Shown here piece by piece: positions 9,111 through 19,331 of a stretch of 64,000 nt of DNA. Source of the stretch: a candidate division WOR-3 bacterium (GTDB lineage: Bacteria > Hydrothermota > Hydrothermia > JBDRYB01); assembly GCA_039803205.1 (NCBI GenBank), contig JBDRYB010000004.1:74371-138370 (forward strand), in the 5' to 3' direction. The notes beneath the pieces are model-generated. The model had not been told where the DNA came from. It ran no database searches and saw only the letters and a program-made list of their open reading frames with translations. The translations under genes were made by a program, and so were the position numbers. Each line of letters starts with the position of its first letter. Position 1 is the stretch's first letter.

Positions 9111-10751
9111 CTAATATTTCCTATCCGATTCCAGGAGGGATCTGAGGAGGTCAGCCCTTATTGGGTTTTGGAGCTTGCGAAGCGCCTTTGCCTCTATCTG
9201 GCGGATGCGCTCACGAGTTACCCCGAATATGTATCCTACCTCCTCAAGGGTCTTCGGGGGCTCGTTGTTCAGACCGAATCTGAGCTCTATGACCTTCTTC
9301 TCCCTCTTAGTCAGCGTTGATAGGACATCATCAAGTCGCTCCCTGAGAAGGATGTCCCTCGCGTCCTCGTAGGGGGTAGGCTGTATGGTGTCAACCAGGA
9401 GGTCGCCCATATATGTGTCATCGTTCTTGCCTATGGGCTTGTCTATTGATATGGGATCCCTCGCCGCTTCCATGGCCTGCTTGACCTTCTCAACCCTCAC
9501 ATCAATGTATTCCGCTACCTCCTTAGCCGTTGGTTCCCTTCCGTATTCCTGCATGAGAAGGCGAGAGGCCTTTGAGATCTTGGTTATGGTCTCTATCATG
9601 TGTATCGGTATCCGGATCGTCCTTGACTGGTCAGCAATTGCCCTTGTTATGGACTGCCTTATCCACCATGTAGCGTATGTTGAGAACTTGTAGCCCTTCC
9701 TGTAGTCAAACTTCTCTATTGCCTTCATGAGGCCGACATTACCTTCCTGGACGAGGTCCATGAAGTCAAGCCCGCGATTCAAAAAGCGCTTTGCTATACC
9801 TATAACGAGCCGGACATTTCCACATGTCATCCTTTCCTTGGCTTCCATGAAGAGCTCGTATTCAGCGTTAAGCCTTGCCGCGTAGTCAATCCCGTCCTGA
9901 ACATCCATTCCAAGGGTCTTCGTGACTTCTCTGAGCCTGTTCCGCAATCTCCTCAATTCCTGCTTTGCCGTGTCTATCCGCTCAGCGGCATCAGGGTCCT
10001 TTGAGCCTTCAAGCAGGAGTATTTCGTGCTCAAGCTTCCTTATCCTGGTGTCAAGCTCCTTCGCCTTGCTCACCAGGCTCATGAAATCGTCAAGCCAGCG
10101 GAAAACTACCTTGGTTTTAGGTTTCAGCGCGTCTATCTTGTTGACTATCTCAAACAGAGCCCTTTTGGCCTTTTGGGCTTCCTCCTGGCTCACCTCCTCA
10201 AACCAGGTCTTGCGCACCATCTCAAAACGCTCTGTCAGATAAGCAAAAGCCTCAGCGACTCGGGCCTTTTCCTCAGCGTTCTTCTGCCTGCTCGTCCAGT
10301 ATTTGGAGTCAACCTGAACCAGGTCCTCTATCTGCATTATGTCCTTCTCAGTGAGCTCTATTGCCTTGAAGAACTTCTTCAGGCCGAACTTGGTTGAAAA
10401 GAGTATCCTGATGATGTTGCGCCTAGCATCATCCAGCTGCTTTGAGTATATTACCTCTTCCTCCTTCTTGAGGAGTCGCAGGTTTGATATCTGCTTCAGG
10501 TATGCTTTTGCCGGATCGCCGCCTGCACCAGGGAATTCCTCCTCTGGCACGAAGGATCTCTTCTTGGTCTTGGCACCCGCTACCTCAACCTCCACGCCGG
10601 CTTCCATCAGAGCGACCACTATCTCATCCATGGAATCAGCCGAATAGCCAACCGAGGGCAGGAGCGCGGTTATCTCCTTGTAGGTTATCCTGCCCTTTCT
10701 TTTGGCCTTTTTGACCAGCTCCTCTATGCTTTCGTCTCTCTTCTCTTCCAT
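9111..10751 (-). CDS. rpoD: Primary sigma factor RpoD (with region 1.1 and non-conserved insert)
   Basis: [65 protein letters not shown]. Confidence 0.97.
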   Translation of the reverse strand: MEEKRDESIEELVKKAKRKGRITYKEITALLPSVGYSADSMDEIVVALMEAGVEVEVAGAKTKKRSFVPEEEFPGAGGDPAKAYLKQISNLRLLKKEEEVIYSKQLDDARRNIIRILFSTKFGLKKFFKAIELTEKDIMQIEDLVQVDSKYWTSRQKNAEEKARVAEAFAYLTERFEMVRKTWFEEVSQEEAQKAKRALFEIVNKIDALKPKTKVVFRWLDDFMSLVSKAKELDTRIRKLEHEILLLEGSKDPDAAERIDTAKQELRRLRNRLREVTKTLGMDVQDGIDYAARLNAEYELFMEAKERMTCGNVRLVIGIAKRFLNRGLDFMDLVQEGNVGLMKAIEKFDYRKGYKFSTYATWWIRQSITRAIADQSRTIRIPIHMIETITKISKASRLLMQEYGREPTAKEVAEYIDVRVEKVKQAMEAARDPISIDKPIGKNDDTYMGDLLVDTIQPTPYEDARDILLRERLDDVLSTLTKREKKVIELRFGLNNEPPKTLEEVGYIFGVTRERIRQIEAKALRKLQNPIRADLLRSLLESDRKY

Positions 10752-10764
10752 TTCTCAATCCTTT

Positions 10765-12606
10765 TTATTTTTCATCGTTCCAGACAGGCTCGTTTATCCG
10801 CGACAGAAGAAGATCAAGCCTGTCCAGTTCAGCCTCAACCCCACTTCCATCCTCGCGGTTGCTAACCTTTTCCCATATCTCCCACAACCTTTCCAGTAAG
10901 ATCTTTCGCCTTTCCGGATAACGAACCTTTCTTTCCCTTATCTTCTCAAGGGTGTTCTTTATGCGGCCCATCAGTCGCTGGGCGCTTAGGGCCGCGTTTG
11001 CGGCCTCCGGATCGCTCTCGGTCTTTGCGATCCGGGCCTTTTGCCTTCTTATTGCATCAAAGACCATTATAGCAAAGGACATCTTGAGGTCCTCATCCGC
11101 TATCTCCTGTGCTGTAAGAACGGCTGAGACCATCTCCCCAAGCCCCTCCTCCCGAACGATCTCGGCTACGGGTTTACCTTCCCGCCACAGCTCCAAAAGC
11201 CTCCTGGCCGCCGGGTTATTCAGGTCCTCTGGCTCCAAGAGGGAAAGAACAGAGGAAAAGAATTTCTCCTTTGACCGGGCGATCGCGTGCGCAATAAAGA
11301 ACACCTCTCTACCCGAGCATTTCTCTTCATCTGCGGATTTTTTCACTGGGCCTTGGTTTGAGAGCCTTTGATTCACCCCAGAGACCCAGTCCTGGCCGTA
11401 TCCGAGAATTTCCCTGGCGGCTGAAAGATACGCCTCGCGCTCCTCGGGCAAGAGGGGCCTGAGAATCTCCATGATCTCCCTTTCAAATCCCTTCTTGCCC
11501 TCAAGGGAGCTATCGTAAAAACTACTGAAGAGAAACTCAATCCAATCGGGCGCGCTCTCAAGGGAGACGCGAAGCGCATCAGCGTTTTCTCCTGCAACCA
11601 GGCTTGCTGGGTCCTCCCCCTCCGGAAGCCTCGCAACCTTCACGAGGAGCCCATTCTGGACCAGATATGGGATTGCTCTTCTTGCGGCTAGCCTGCCCGC
11701 ATTATCGCCATCAAAGGCTATTATCACCTTATCCGAATACTTCCTGAGCAACCTGGCCTGGGAAGGGGTCAGAGCGGTTCCCAAAGGCGCGACCGCGTTT
11801 TTGAGGCCAGCTTGATGCGAGAGAACCACATCAAGGTTCCCCTCAACGAGGACGGCAGAACCAGTCTTGCGCATCTCTTGGCGAGACCTCCACAACCCGT
11901 ATAAGAGCTCCCCCTTCTTGAAATACTGGGTCTCAGGGGTGTTCAGATACTTTGGCTCATCACCGCCGAGCGCCCTTCCAGAGAATCCAAGGATGTTTTT
12001 GCCTGACGGAGAGTAAACCGGAAAGACAATCCTATTTCTGAAAAAGTCAAACCAAGCGCCGGAGGGCCCCCTGTGAACCAGGCCCCCAGCGGCAAGCTCA
12101 TCCACCCCGAAGCCCTGATCGTGCGCGGCGCGCAGGAGAGCGTTTTCGCTTGGTGCATAACCGATGGCGAAATCATTGATGCTTTCCGCGGTTATTCCGC
12201 GGGACTTGAGGTATTCAAGAGCGATCCTGCCATCAGGCGAGAAGAGCCTCTCGTGGTAGAACCTGAGCGCGAAATCCAGGGCCTCGGCTGGTCTAGGCTT
12301 TTCCCGAGAGGTTGGGGTTTCTGGCTTTGGAACCCCGAACCGTTCCGCGAGGTAATCAAGAGCCTCCGGAAAAGAGAGCCCTTCGCTCTCCATAACGAAT
12401 TTTATGGCGTCTCCGGATGCTCCACAGCCAAAGCAGTAATAAAGCCCAAGGTCAGGCTCCACATAGAAACTGGGGGTCTTTTCTCTGTGGAATGGGCAAA
12501 GGGCCTTGAGGCGCCTGCCAGACCTGGTTAATCTTATCCCCCTCTCAGCCATGAGCTGGGTTATATCCGTGGCCTCGCGAACTTTCTCTACGAAATCCCT
12601 ATCCAT
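10765..12606 (-). CDS. dnaG: DNA primase
   Basis: CPFHREKTPSF...CFGC zinc finger, KYLNTPET, Toprim VEG..D and FDGDNAG. Confidence 0.97.
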   Translation of the reverse strand: MDRDFVEKVREATDITQLMAERGIRLTRSGRRLKALCPFHREKTPSFYVEPDLGLYYCFGCGASGDAIKFVMESEGLSFPEALDYLAERFGVPKPETPTSREKPRPAEALDFALRFYHERLFSPDGRIALEYLKSRGITAESINDFAIGYAPSENALLRAAHDQGFGVDELAAGGLVHRGPSGAWFDFFRNRIVFPVYSPSGKNILGFSGRALGGDEPKYLNTPETQYFKKGELLYGLWRSRQEMRKTGSAVLVEGNLDVVLSHQAGLKNAVAPLGTALTPSQARLLRKYSDKVIIAFDGDNAGRLAARRAIPYLVQNGLLVKVARLPEGEDPASLVAGENADALRVSLESAPDWIEFLFSSFYDSSLEGKKGFEREIMEILRPLLPEEREAYLSAAREILGYGQDWVSGVNQRLSNQGPVKKSADEEKCSGREVFFIAHAIARSKEKFFSSVLSLLEPEDLNNPAARRLLELWREGKPVAEIVREEGLGEMVSAVLTAQEIADEDLKMSFAIMVFDAIRRQKARIAKTESDPEAANAALSAQRLMGRIKNTLEKIRERKVRYPERRKILLERLWEIWEKVSNREDGSGVEAELDRLDLLLSRINEPVWNDEK

Positions 12607-12608
12607 GG

Positions 12609-14564
12609 CTATACCTCATACAAAGCCGAGCTCTCAACCTCCACCCTTGCGTTACCAACCAGAAGGAGGGCCTTTGAGCCGCGGATCTCTATTAGCTCCC
12701 CAACAAAGCCCATTGGGGATACCCTGTATTCCTTTCCGGGCTCAGGGTTTTCTGCCCTGACCGAGAACGCTTTGTCCAAAGAGGCCTCAGCCTTCTTGAG
12801 CTCCGAGCGCGCCTCCCGGGCCAAAGCGATCCTGCGCTCCGCCCTCGTTTCCTCCCTGAGCTTTCTGGCCAGCTCTTCAATCTCTCTCCTCGCTTCGGAG
12901 ATTATCCTCTTCGCTTCCGCTCTCGCGGCGTTTATTATGCGCTCGCGCTCAGCCTCAGCCTCGGCTATGAGGGATCTCTGTTTGGCCAGAGAGGCCTTGA
13001 GCTCGGATTCCAACCGGGCTAAGCGCCTGGATGTTCTCGCCATCTCCTCGTCGTATCCCTGCATAGCGGCCTCAGCTGAGAGAATCACATCCTCAGGGAA
13101 GCCTGCCCTTCTCGCTGAGGCTATAGCGTAGCTCTCGGCTATTGCTCCCAGCTTAAAAGAGTATGTGGGATTGCCATCTGGCCCCAACTGCGCGGCCGCT
13201 GTGAGAAATCCCTCCTGGCCCTTGGCCAGGTTCTTCAACACTGTGAGGTGGGTTGTGGAGAAGGTCGTGGCACCCGCATCAGAAAGCCTCTTCAGTATTG
13301 CGAAAGCAAGGGCTCCGCCCTCAGTCGGGTCTGTTGATGAGAGAACCTCATCAAAGAAGGCCACGGTCCCAGGCCCCGCGCTCTCAAGAACCTCTCTCAC
13401 CTCCTCAAGTAGGCCAGTAAAGGATGAAAGCCCTCGTTCAACGCTTTGCTCCTCCTCAAAACCTATCGCGAACAACCTCTCCGGAAGCCATATCCTTATC
13501 TCTTCTCCCGGGAACGGCAAGCCGCACGCGCCCGCGAGAAAAGCCAGGGCTATTGTCTTCATCGCGATTGTCTTTCCGCCAGCATTTGGCCCCGTGAATA
13601 TGAGAGCGCTTACATATGGGCCTATCCTGAGATCAAGCGGAACCGTGTGAGAACTTCCCTTGACCGAAAGGAGTATTGGGTGCTTGGCTCCCCTGAGGAC
13701 GAGCCCCCTATCCTTGATTATCGTTGGAATGCAAGCACCAAAAGCCTCGGCGTAGCGGGCCTTTGCCCAGATCAGGTCCGCTTTGCCAAGAGCATCATAA
13801 AGGTCTCTGAGAAAGCCTGAGTTAGCCCTGGCCCTCTCGGTCAGATCCGAGATTATCCGAGAGACCTCCTCTCTCTCCTCCTCCTCAAGGCGAATGAGCC
13901 GGTTCTGCTCATCCACGCATTCCAAAGGCTCAACATACTGGGTCTCGGTTGTCCGCGAGTATCCGTGAATTATGCCATCCGTCTTAGCCGAGGAGGAGAA
14001 CGCGAGAACGAACCTCCCGCCGCGAACCGTCACCACCTCGTCACGGAGCGAGTCCCTATATCTCTCTGCGACGCGCTCCATGAGAGAGATAACCCTTTGA
14101 CGCTGTCTGCGTTTTGCTTCTCTGAGCCTTTTCAGGGTCGGGGTGGCGCTATCAACCACCTGGCCATCGGGATCAAAGCTCCCCTGAATGTCCTTGGCCA
14201 GGGGGATCAGGTAATACGGATCCGGAACAACACCCAGGCTCTCTAGAGCGTCGTATATCCTCGCTCCTGCTGTGATGAGCCAGGAGAGCTCAAGGAGCTC
14301 CTTGCCCGTGAGCACCGAACCTATCCTGAGTTTTTCAAGTGCCTTCTCCGCATCCGGAACATCGTGGAACGGAGGGGAAACCCCCTCTCTGAGGAGTTCA
14401 AGGGCTTTCTTCGTCAGATCGTGCTCCCTCGCGGCTTCATCGGGCTTCATGGGCTTGACGCGAGCTATAGCGGCCCTGCCTGGCGGGGATGACAGAAATC
14501 CCCCGATAATTTCGAGCCACAGCCCGAACTCCAATCGGTGGAGGGTTCTCTCCTCGGCGTTCAT
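12609..14564 (-). CDS. mutS2: MutS2-family ATPase lacking the C-terminal Smr domain
   Basis: LHRLEF N-terminus, TGPNAGGKT, SSF, DE...TDPTEGGALA, TTH, coiled coil, KOW-like tail, then stop. Confidence 0.85.
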   Translation of the reverse strand: MNAEERTLHRLEFGLWLEIIGGFLSSPPGRAAIARVKPMKPDEAAREHDLTKKALELLREGVSPPFHDVPDAEKALEKLRIGSVLTGKELLELSWLITAGARIYDALESLGVVPDPYYLIPLAKDIQGSFDPDGQVVDSATPTLKRLREAKRRQRQRVISLMERVAERYRDSLRDEVVTVRGGRFVLAFSSSAKTDGIIHGYSRTTETQYVEPLECVDEQNRLIRLEEEEREEVSRIISDLTERARANSGFLRDLYDALGKADLIWAKARYAEAFGACIPTIIKDRGLVLRGAKHPILLSVKGSSHTVPLDLRIGPYVSALIFTGPNAGGKTIAMKTIALAFLAGACGLPFPGEEIRIWLPERLFAIGFEEEQSVERGLSSFTGLLEEVREVLESAGPGTVAFFDEVLSSTDPTEGGALAFAILKRLSDAGATTFSTTHLTVLKNLAKGQEGFLTAAAQLGPDGNPTYSFKLGAIAESYAIASARRAGFPEDVILSAEAAMQGYDEEMARTSRRLARLESELKASLAKQRSLIAEAEAERERIINAARAEAKRIISEARREIEELARKLREETRAERRIALAREARSELKKAEASLDKAFSVRAENPEPGKEYRVSPMGFVGELIEIRGSKALLLVGNARVEVESSALYEV

Positions 14565-14566
14565 CC

Positions 14567-14758
14567 CTAGAGCTCTCTGGCTCTTCTGGCCGTCCTTCTT
14601 CTAGAAGCGATTGCCTTCTTTTTTCTCCGCTCGGAAGGCTTCTCGTAATATTGGAACTTCTTGACATCCTGAAGCACTCCATCCCTTGAAACGATCTTGC
14701 GGAAGCGCTTCACGAGAGAATCAAAGGACTCGCCATCTTTGAGTATAACTCCTGACAT
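14567..14758 (-). CDS. rpsU: 30S ribosomal protein S21
   Basis: GESFDSLVKRFRK...YYEKPSERRKKK; strong AGGAGGTGA SD. Confidence 0.95.
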   Translation of the reverse strand: MSGVILKDGESFDSLVKRFRKIVSRDGVLQDVKKFQYYEKPSERRKKKAIASRRRTARRAREL

Positions 14759-14787
14759 GCCTCTATCACCTCCTTTCTCTCATGTCC

Positions 14788-15111
14788 TCATCCTGGCGGC
14801 CAAGCCATCTGCCTGCCGCCGAGTATGTGAAAATGCAGGTGGGGAACAGCTTGTCCCGCCTGCGGCCCTTTGTTCAGAACTATCCTGTAGTCGGTGAGGC
14901 CAAGTTTCTCTGCGGCCTCTGATATTGCTTCAAGTATGTCTCCGGCTAGGTCAACGATCTCCTCAATCCTCTCCGCGTGGCGTTTCGGGATCGCGAGGAG
15001 ATGAACCGGAGCCTGCGGGTTTATGTCCCGAAAAACGAGGACATTCTCGGTCTCGTGTATGACATCCGAAGGTATTTCGCGGTTGATTATCCTGCAGAAA
15101 ACGCAATTCAT
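14788..15111 (-). CDS. hinT: Histidine triad (HIT) nucleotide-binding protein
   Basis: [37 protein letters not shown]. Confidence 0.93.
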   Translation of the reverse strand: MNCVFCRIINREIPSDVIHETENVLVFRDINPQAPVHLLAIPKRHAERIEEIVDLAGDILEAISEAAEKLGLTDYRIVLNKGPQAGQAVPHLHFHILGGRQMAWPPG

Positions 15112-16253
15112 GCCGCTCTCCTCGCTTCCTCTTTTATCCTCTCAAAGAATCCGTTTCGTTTTTCCTCTTCAAGGAGCCTCTTGTAGAGCTCTTTTTCGGA
15201 TTTGCCCAGCTTCTCCGGCGTCCTGGCTATGACCCTCACGAAGAGGTCGCCCCTCCCGCCTTTGAGGCCGGGCATTCCCGCGCCCTTTATCCTGAAAGCG
15301 GTGTGGGTCTGGGTTCCCGGCGGAATCCTGATCTCGTGCTCCTGGCCGCCGAGACCGCCAACCATCACCTTATCACCGAGGGCCAACTGCGCGGGTGAAA
15401 CGGGAATGTCTCTATATAGGTCATCCCCTTCTCTCCTGAATACCGGATGCGGTTTCTCATCAACCAAGACATGGAGGTCTCCCCTTTGGCCGCCCCTGGC
15501 ACCAGCAGAGCCTTGACCCCTGATGAGAAGCACTTCTCCCTTTCTTATGCCGGCTGGAAACCTGATCTCTATTTCAACCTCCTTCTTTATCCTTCCGCGC
15601 CCCCCGCATTCATGGCACAGGGACTCCAGGACCTCGCCGGCGCCTCCGCACTCCTGGCAGGTTATGGTTTGGTAGATCGGGCCGAGAAATGTGCGGTGGG
15701 CCCTCTGGATGACGCCGCGGCCGCCACACGCGGGGCAGGCCTTGGTTTTTCCCGTTGTCGAACCCGTTCCCCTGCAGTATCCACAGGGTTCAAATCTTAG
15801 AAGCCTTATGCGCTTTGTCGTTTCTCTGGCCATCTCTTCCAAGCTCAGGGGAACGGTTATCCTTAGATCCTCGCCCGGCCTCGCCTTCAAGCCGCGCTTT
15901 GGTCTGGATTGGGTCTGAAACCCGAATAAGCTTCCCAGAAGGTCACCGAAGAAGTCCCCAAATATGTCCCTGAGGTCATCGTAATGCGAGAAATCCTGCC
16001 AGGTGAAGTTCGGTCCTCCCGAGGAGAAGGAGACATCGCCGTATGTATCGTAGGCTCTGCGCTTCTCGGGATCCATGAGGACCTCGTATGCCTCTGATAT
16101 CTCCTTGAACCGTTCCTCAGCCTCGGACTTCTTCTCAGGCGGGACCCTATCCGGGTGATACTTCAGGGCCAGGCGCCTGTATGCTTTCTTTATCTCATCA
16201 GGGCTGGCAGACCTTTCAACCCCTAGGATCTTGTAATAATCCTTGGCGGCCAT
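15108..16253 (-). CDS. dnaJ: Chaperone DnaJ
   Basis: J domain with HPD, four CxxCxGxG repeats. Confidence 0.97.
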   Translation of the reverse strand: MAAKDYYKILGVERSASPDEIKKAYRRLALKYHPDRVPPEKKSEAEERFKEISEAYEVLMDPEKRRAYDTYGDVSFSSGGPNFTWQDFSHYDDLRDIFGDFFGDLLGSLFGFQTQSRPKRGLKARPGEDLRITVPLSLEEMARETTKRIRLLRFEPCGYCRGTGSTTGKTKACPACGGRGVIQRAHRTFLGPIYQTITCQECGGAGEVLESLCHECGGRGRIKKEVEIEIRFPAGIRKGEVLLIRGQGSAGARGGQRGDLHVLVDEKPHPVFRREGDDLYRDIPVSPAQLALGDKVMVGGLGGQEHEIRIPPGTQTHTAFRIKGAGMPGLKGGRGDLFVRVIARTPEKLGKSEKELYKRLLEEEKRNGFFERIKEEARRAA

Positions 16254-16256
16254 TAC

Positions 16257-18155
16257 CTATTCCACCACCTTGTAATCCGTATCATGCGGACCACCATCGC
16301 CTCCTTCATCGCTGTCTTTCCCATCGTCAGAAGGGTTTCCTCCGCTGGTCGCCCCAGTGGTCTGGTATATCTTAGTTGCTATCCTGTTCCAGGCCTCTTG
16401 AAGCCTGTCAAAAGCCTTTCTGATGGCCTCAGGGTCATCTCCTCCTATCTTCTCCCGCAGCTCCTCTGAGAGCCTGTTTATCTCATCCCGCTCCTGGCTT
16501 GTCATCCTCTCCCCGAAGTCCTTCATTGACCTCTCAACCGAGAAGAGATACCCATCTGCTTGGTTCTTCAGGTCCACTAGCTCCTTCTTGCGCTTATCCT
16601 CCTCAGCATGGCGCTCTGCTTCTTCAACGAGACGCTGAACCTCCTCGTCCGTGAGACCAGATTTTGCGTGTATCTTGATCTGGGATTCTTTGCCCGTTGC
16701 CTTCTCTCTCGCGTGGACATGCAGGATGCCGTTCGTGTCTATATCAAAGGTCACCTCTATTTGCGGGACGCCTCGCGGGGCCGGAGGGATGCCCGTAAGC
16801 TCAAACTGGCCGAGAAGTCGGTTTTCGCTAGCGATAGGCCTTTCGCCCTGATAAACCTTTATCAGGACAGATGGCTGGTTGTTCTCAGCAGTAGTATAGA
16901 TCTTGGTCTTCTTCGTGGGTATGGTGGTATTCCTCGGTATTACCACATCAAAACCACCATAAAGCACCTCAACCCCGAGGGAAAGCGGCGTCACATCAAG
17001 AAGGACGATGTCCCTGTCAGCATATTCGCCAGCTATTATGCCAGCCTGTATAGCGGCTCCAACAGCGACAACCTCATCGGGGTTTATGCCCTTGTGGGGC
17101 GTCTTGCCGAAGAAGTTCCTAACAGCCTCCTGAACCGCGGGCATCCTCGTCTGGCCGCCAACGAGGATCACCTCGTCGATCTCAGAGGGAGAAAGTCCTG
17201 CATCCTCAAGCGCCTGCCTGCATATGTTTATTGTCCTGTCAATGAGATCCTGAACCATCGCCTCAAGCCTTGATCTGGTAAGGGAGACATCAAGGTGGTG
17301 TCTCTCGTAGAGGAAAGGTATCTTAATCGGTGTCTCCATCTTGAAGGAGAGCTCCTTCTTCGCCTTCTCCGCGGCCTCCCTTACCTGCTGGAAAGCCTGA
17401 GGGTTTCCTCGGATGTCCACCCCTGTCTGGGCCTTGAAGGTCTCCGTGAGCCAATCCGTGATCCTGAGATCGAAGTCATCGCCACCGAGATGCGTGTCTC
17501 CTGATGTGCTCTTGACCTCAAACACGCCCTCAGCTAGCTCAAGTATGGATATGTCAAATGTCCCGCCACCGAGGTCATAGACCGCAACCCGGAGGTTTTT
17601 CTCCGTCTTATCCAGGCCGTAGGCCAGAGCTGCTGCGGTTGGCTCCGGGAGGATTCGCATGACTTCAAGCCCTGCTATGGTTCCTGCATCCTTTGTTGCC
17701 TGGCGCTGGGCGTCGTTGAAGTATGCCGGAACCGTGATAACGGCCTTGGTTATCTTCTGGCCGAGGTAGCTTTCCGCGGCCTCCTTGAGATACTTCAGGA
17801 TCTTTGAGGAAATTTCCTCGGGCGTGTAGTTTCTTCCCTCAGCCGGGATGAAGATCTCAGCCCTGCCCTCCTTTCCCTCAACAACCCTATATGACAGCCT
17901 ATCAACATCCTCTCTGGCCTCCGTGAACCTCTTTCCCATGAGGCGCTTTACCGAATACACCGTGTTCTGGATGTTCATGGCCGCGGAACGCTTCGCGAGG
18001 GAGCCGACCAGGGTCTCATTTCCGTCAAAGGAGACGACGGACGGGGTTATGCGTTCCCCCTCAGGGTTCGGTATGATGACGGGATCACCTCCCATCACTA
18101 TCGCGACAGCAGAGTTCGTGGTTCCTAGGTCTATTCCGATTATCTTCTCCTTCAT
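16257..18155 (-). CDS. dnaK: Chaperone DnaK
   Basis: IGIDLGTTNS, TVPAYFNDAQRQATKDAG, DLGGGTFDIS. Confidence 0.98.
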   Translation of the reverse strand: MKEKIIGIDLGTTNSAVAIVMGGDPVIIPNPEGERITPSVVSFDGNETLVGSLAKRSAAMNIQNTVYSVKRLMGKRFTEAREDVDRLSYRVVEGKEGRAEIFIPAEGRNYTPEEISSKILKYLKEAAESYLGQKITKAVITVPAYFNDAQRQATKDAGTIAGLEVMRILPEPTAAALAYGLDKTEKNLRVAVYDLGGGTFDISILELAEGVFEVKSTSGDTHLGGDDFDLRITDWLTETFKAQTGVDIRGNPQAFQQVREAAEKAKKELSFKMETPIKIPFLYERHHLDVSLTRSRLEAMVQDLIDRTINICRQALEDAGLSPSEIDEVILVGGQTRMPAVQEAVRNFFGKTPHKGINPDEVVAVGAAIQAGIIAGEYADRDIVLLDVTPLSLGVEVLYGGFDVVIPRNTTIPTKKTKIYTTAENNQPSVLIKVYQGERPIASENRLLGQFELTGIPPAPRGVPQIEVTFDIDTNGILHVHAREKATGKESQIKIHAKSGLTDEEVQRLVEEAERHAEEDKRKKELVDLKNQADGYLFSVERSMKDFGERMTSQERDEINRLSEELREKIGGDDPEAIRKAFDRLQEAWNRIATKIYQTTGATSGGNPSDDGKDSDEGGDGGPHDTDYKVVE

Positions 18156-18161
18156 CTCTTC

Positions 18162-18647
18162 TCACTCCTCCATTTGCATCTCCACCACAACCCTTGCTGG
18201 CCTCAGGACACGGCCCCTTAGCTCGTAGCCGGGGGCCATTACCTCGGCAACGATGTTTGAACCATCCCCTCTCCTCGTCTCAACAACCTCCATAAAGCTT
18301 GGATCAAAAGCCTGGCCAGGACTCGGAACGATCTTCCTGGCGCCGGCTGACTCAAGCGCTCGATCCATCTCCTCCTTTATCATTATAACGCCCTCCAGAA
18401 GGGCTTTTGGGTCTGGATTGCCTTGCGCGTATTCCAGGGCCCTCTCCATGGAGTCAAGGGCGGGTAAGAGAGCGAGTATCACCCTCTCCGCGCCCCGTCG
18501 TTCCCGTTCCTCAGCTTGGCGCCTGGCCTCTGCTTTCAGGTTTTCCAGCTCAGCCAGGGCCCTCGCATAGGCTTCCTTATAGCGGTTTCTCTCTTCGGCC
18601 AGGCCCCGGAAAAATTCAGACAACCTTTCCCCTAATCCTTTCTTCAA
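18162..18647 (-). CDS. grpE: Nucleotide exchange factor GrpE
   Basis: RALAELEN, LLPALDSMERAL, FDP, GYELRGRVLRPARVVV; TTG start. Confidence 0.92.
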   Translation of the reverse strand: MKKGLGERLSEFFRGLAEERNRYKEAYARALAELENLKAEARRQAEERERRGAERVILALLPALDSMERALEYAQGNPDPKALLEGVIMIKEEMDRALESAGARKIVPSPGQAFDPSFMEVVETRRGDGSNIVAEVMAPGYELRGRVLRPARVVVEMQMEE

Positions 18648-18659
18648 AATCAGCTCTAA

Positions 18660-18688
18660 TTAATAACGGTTTTTGCTTGGACTGTCAA
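18660..18688 (-). promoter_or_regulatory. Putative sigma70 promoter of the grpE-dnaK-dnaJ operon
   Basis: Perfect TTGACA (18688-18683), 17 nt spacer, TATTAA(T) as an imperfect -10. Confidence 0.55.
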
Positions 18689-18916
18689 GGGCCGAGTCCA
18701 CTCATCTGACACATTCCATACCCCCGGATTAAAGGTCTGGCCAGGGTTTCCTTGCAATCTACGGGGGTCTCTGAGATGAAGGCTTATGTAGCCTCTCAGA
18801 AACTCTCTAACCAGGAGTCCAAGTTCGCTCAAAACTAAGACCTAACCCTGAGCTACCAGAGGATAATGCTCAAGCTCAGAGGGGTTCTACATGGGGAGAG
18901 ATTGTGAAATTGAAGA

Positions 18917-18942
18917 GCACGCGAGGGAATGCCCTCGCGTGC
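18917..18942 (-). terminator. Perfect 11-bp hairpin, terminator-like
   Basis: GCACGCGAGGG-4 nt-CCCTCGCGTGC, followed on the minus strand by TCTTCAATTT; just downstream of the transposase fragment. Confidence 0.5.
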
Positions 18943-18950
18943 GTTAACCT

Positions 18951-19175
18951 CTACTCGTTCTTCTGGTTCATCCGGCTCCTCCCATCCTCCGTGAATGCCC
19001 AATACCTTCTCTGGGTCTTCTTGATCTTGAGCCTCTGGCGGTGGGGTCTAGCGTATCTGTTCAGCTTTGCTATGGCGTATTTCCTGGTTTTCAGCACGGT
19101 GATGGCCATATACTCGTCCACTATCCTGGACTTCTCCTTCTTGGTGGCCCTTCTGTATCTCAGGGCCATTCGCAT
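18951..19175 (-). pseudogene. N-terminal fragment of an rve/ISNCY-type transposase
   Basis: RYRRATKKEKSRIVDEY..IT....RKYAI.KL resembles the RY..A.KKEK..ILDEF..TG..RK.AI..L N-terminus of this family; in-frame stop upstream and early stop downstream. Confidence 0.7.
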
Positions 19176-19331
19176 GCTCAGCTGATATTTGGCCCTCCCC
19201 TAGCTCAGGGTTAGGATTCTATTTTGAGCGAACGCGCAGTTGGCAATGCCACGAAAGGATGCATTATAATCTCTCCACACTCGTAATTGAAGAGCCTGGT
19301 AAGCTGGTTCAGGCTCTTAAGGAGGTTGATT

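Larger units (their letters stand above)
18823..19233. mobile_element. 411-bp element with 33-bp imperfect terminal inverted repeats (MITE-like / deleted IS)
   Basis: GTTCGCTCAAAA-N6-CCTAACCCTGAGCTA at 18823-18855 and its reverse complement at 19201-19233; encloses a transposase fragment. Confidence 0.65.

Noticed and set aside
18700..18822. Intergenic stretch with a possible stem-loop (18765-18805) as an ncRNA or CIRCE
   Set aside because: No recognisable RNA family or CIRCE consensus; adjacent to IS debris.
18904..19185. 93-aa hydrophobic + strand ORF
   Set aside because: Antisense shadow of the Lys/Arg-rich transposase fragment.
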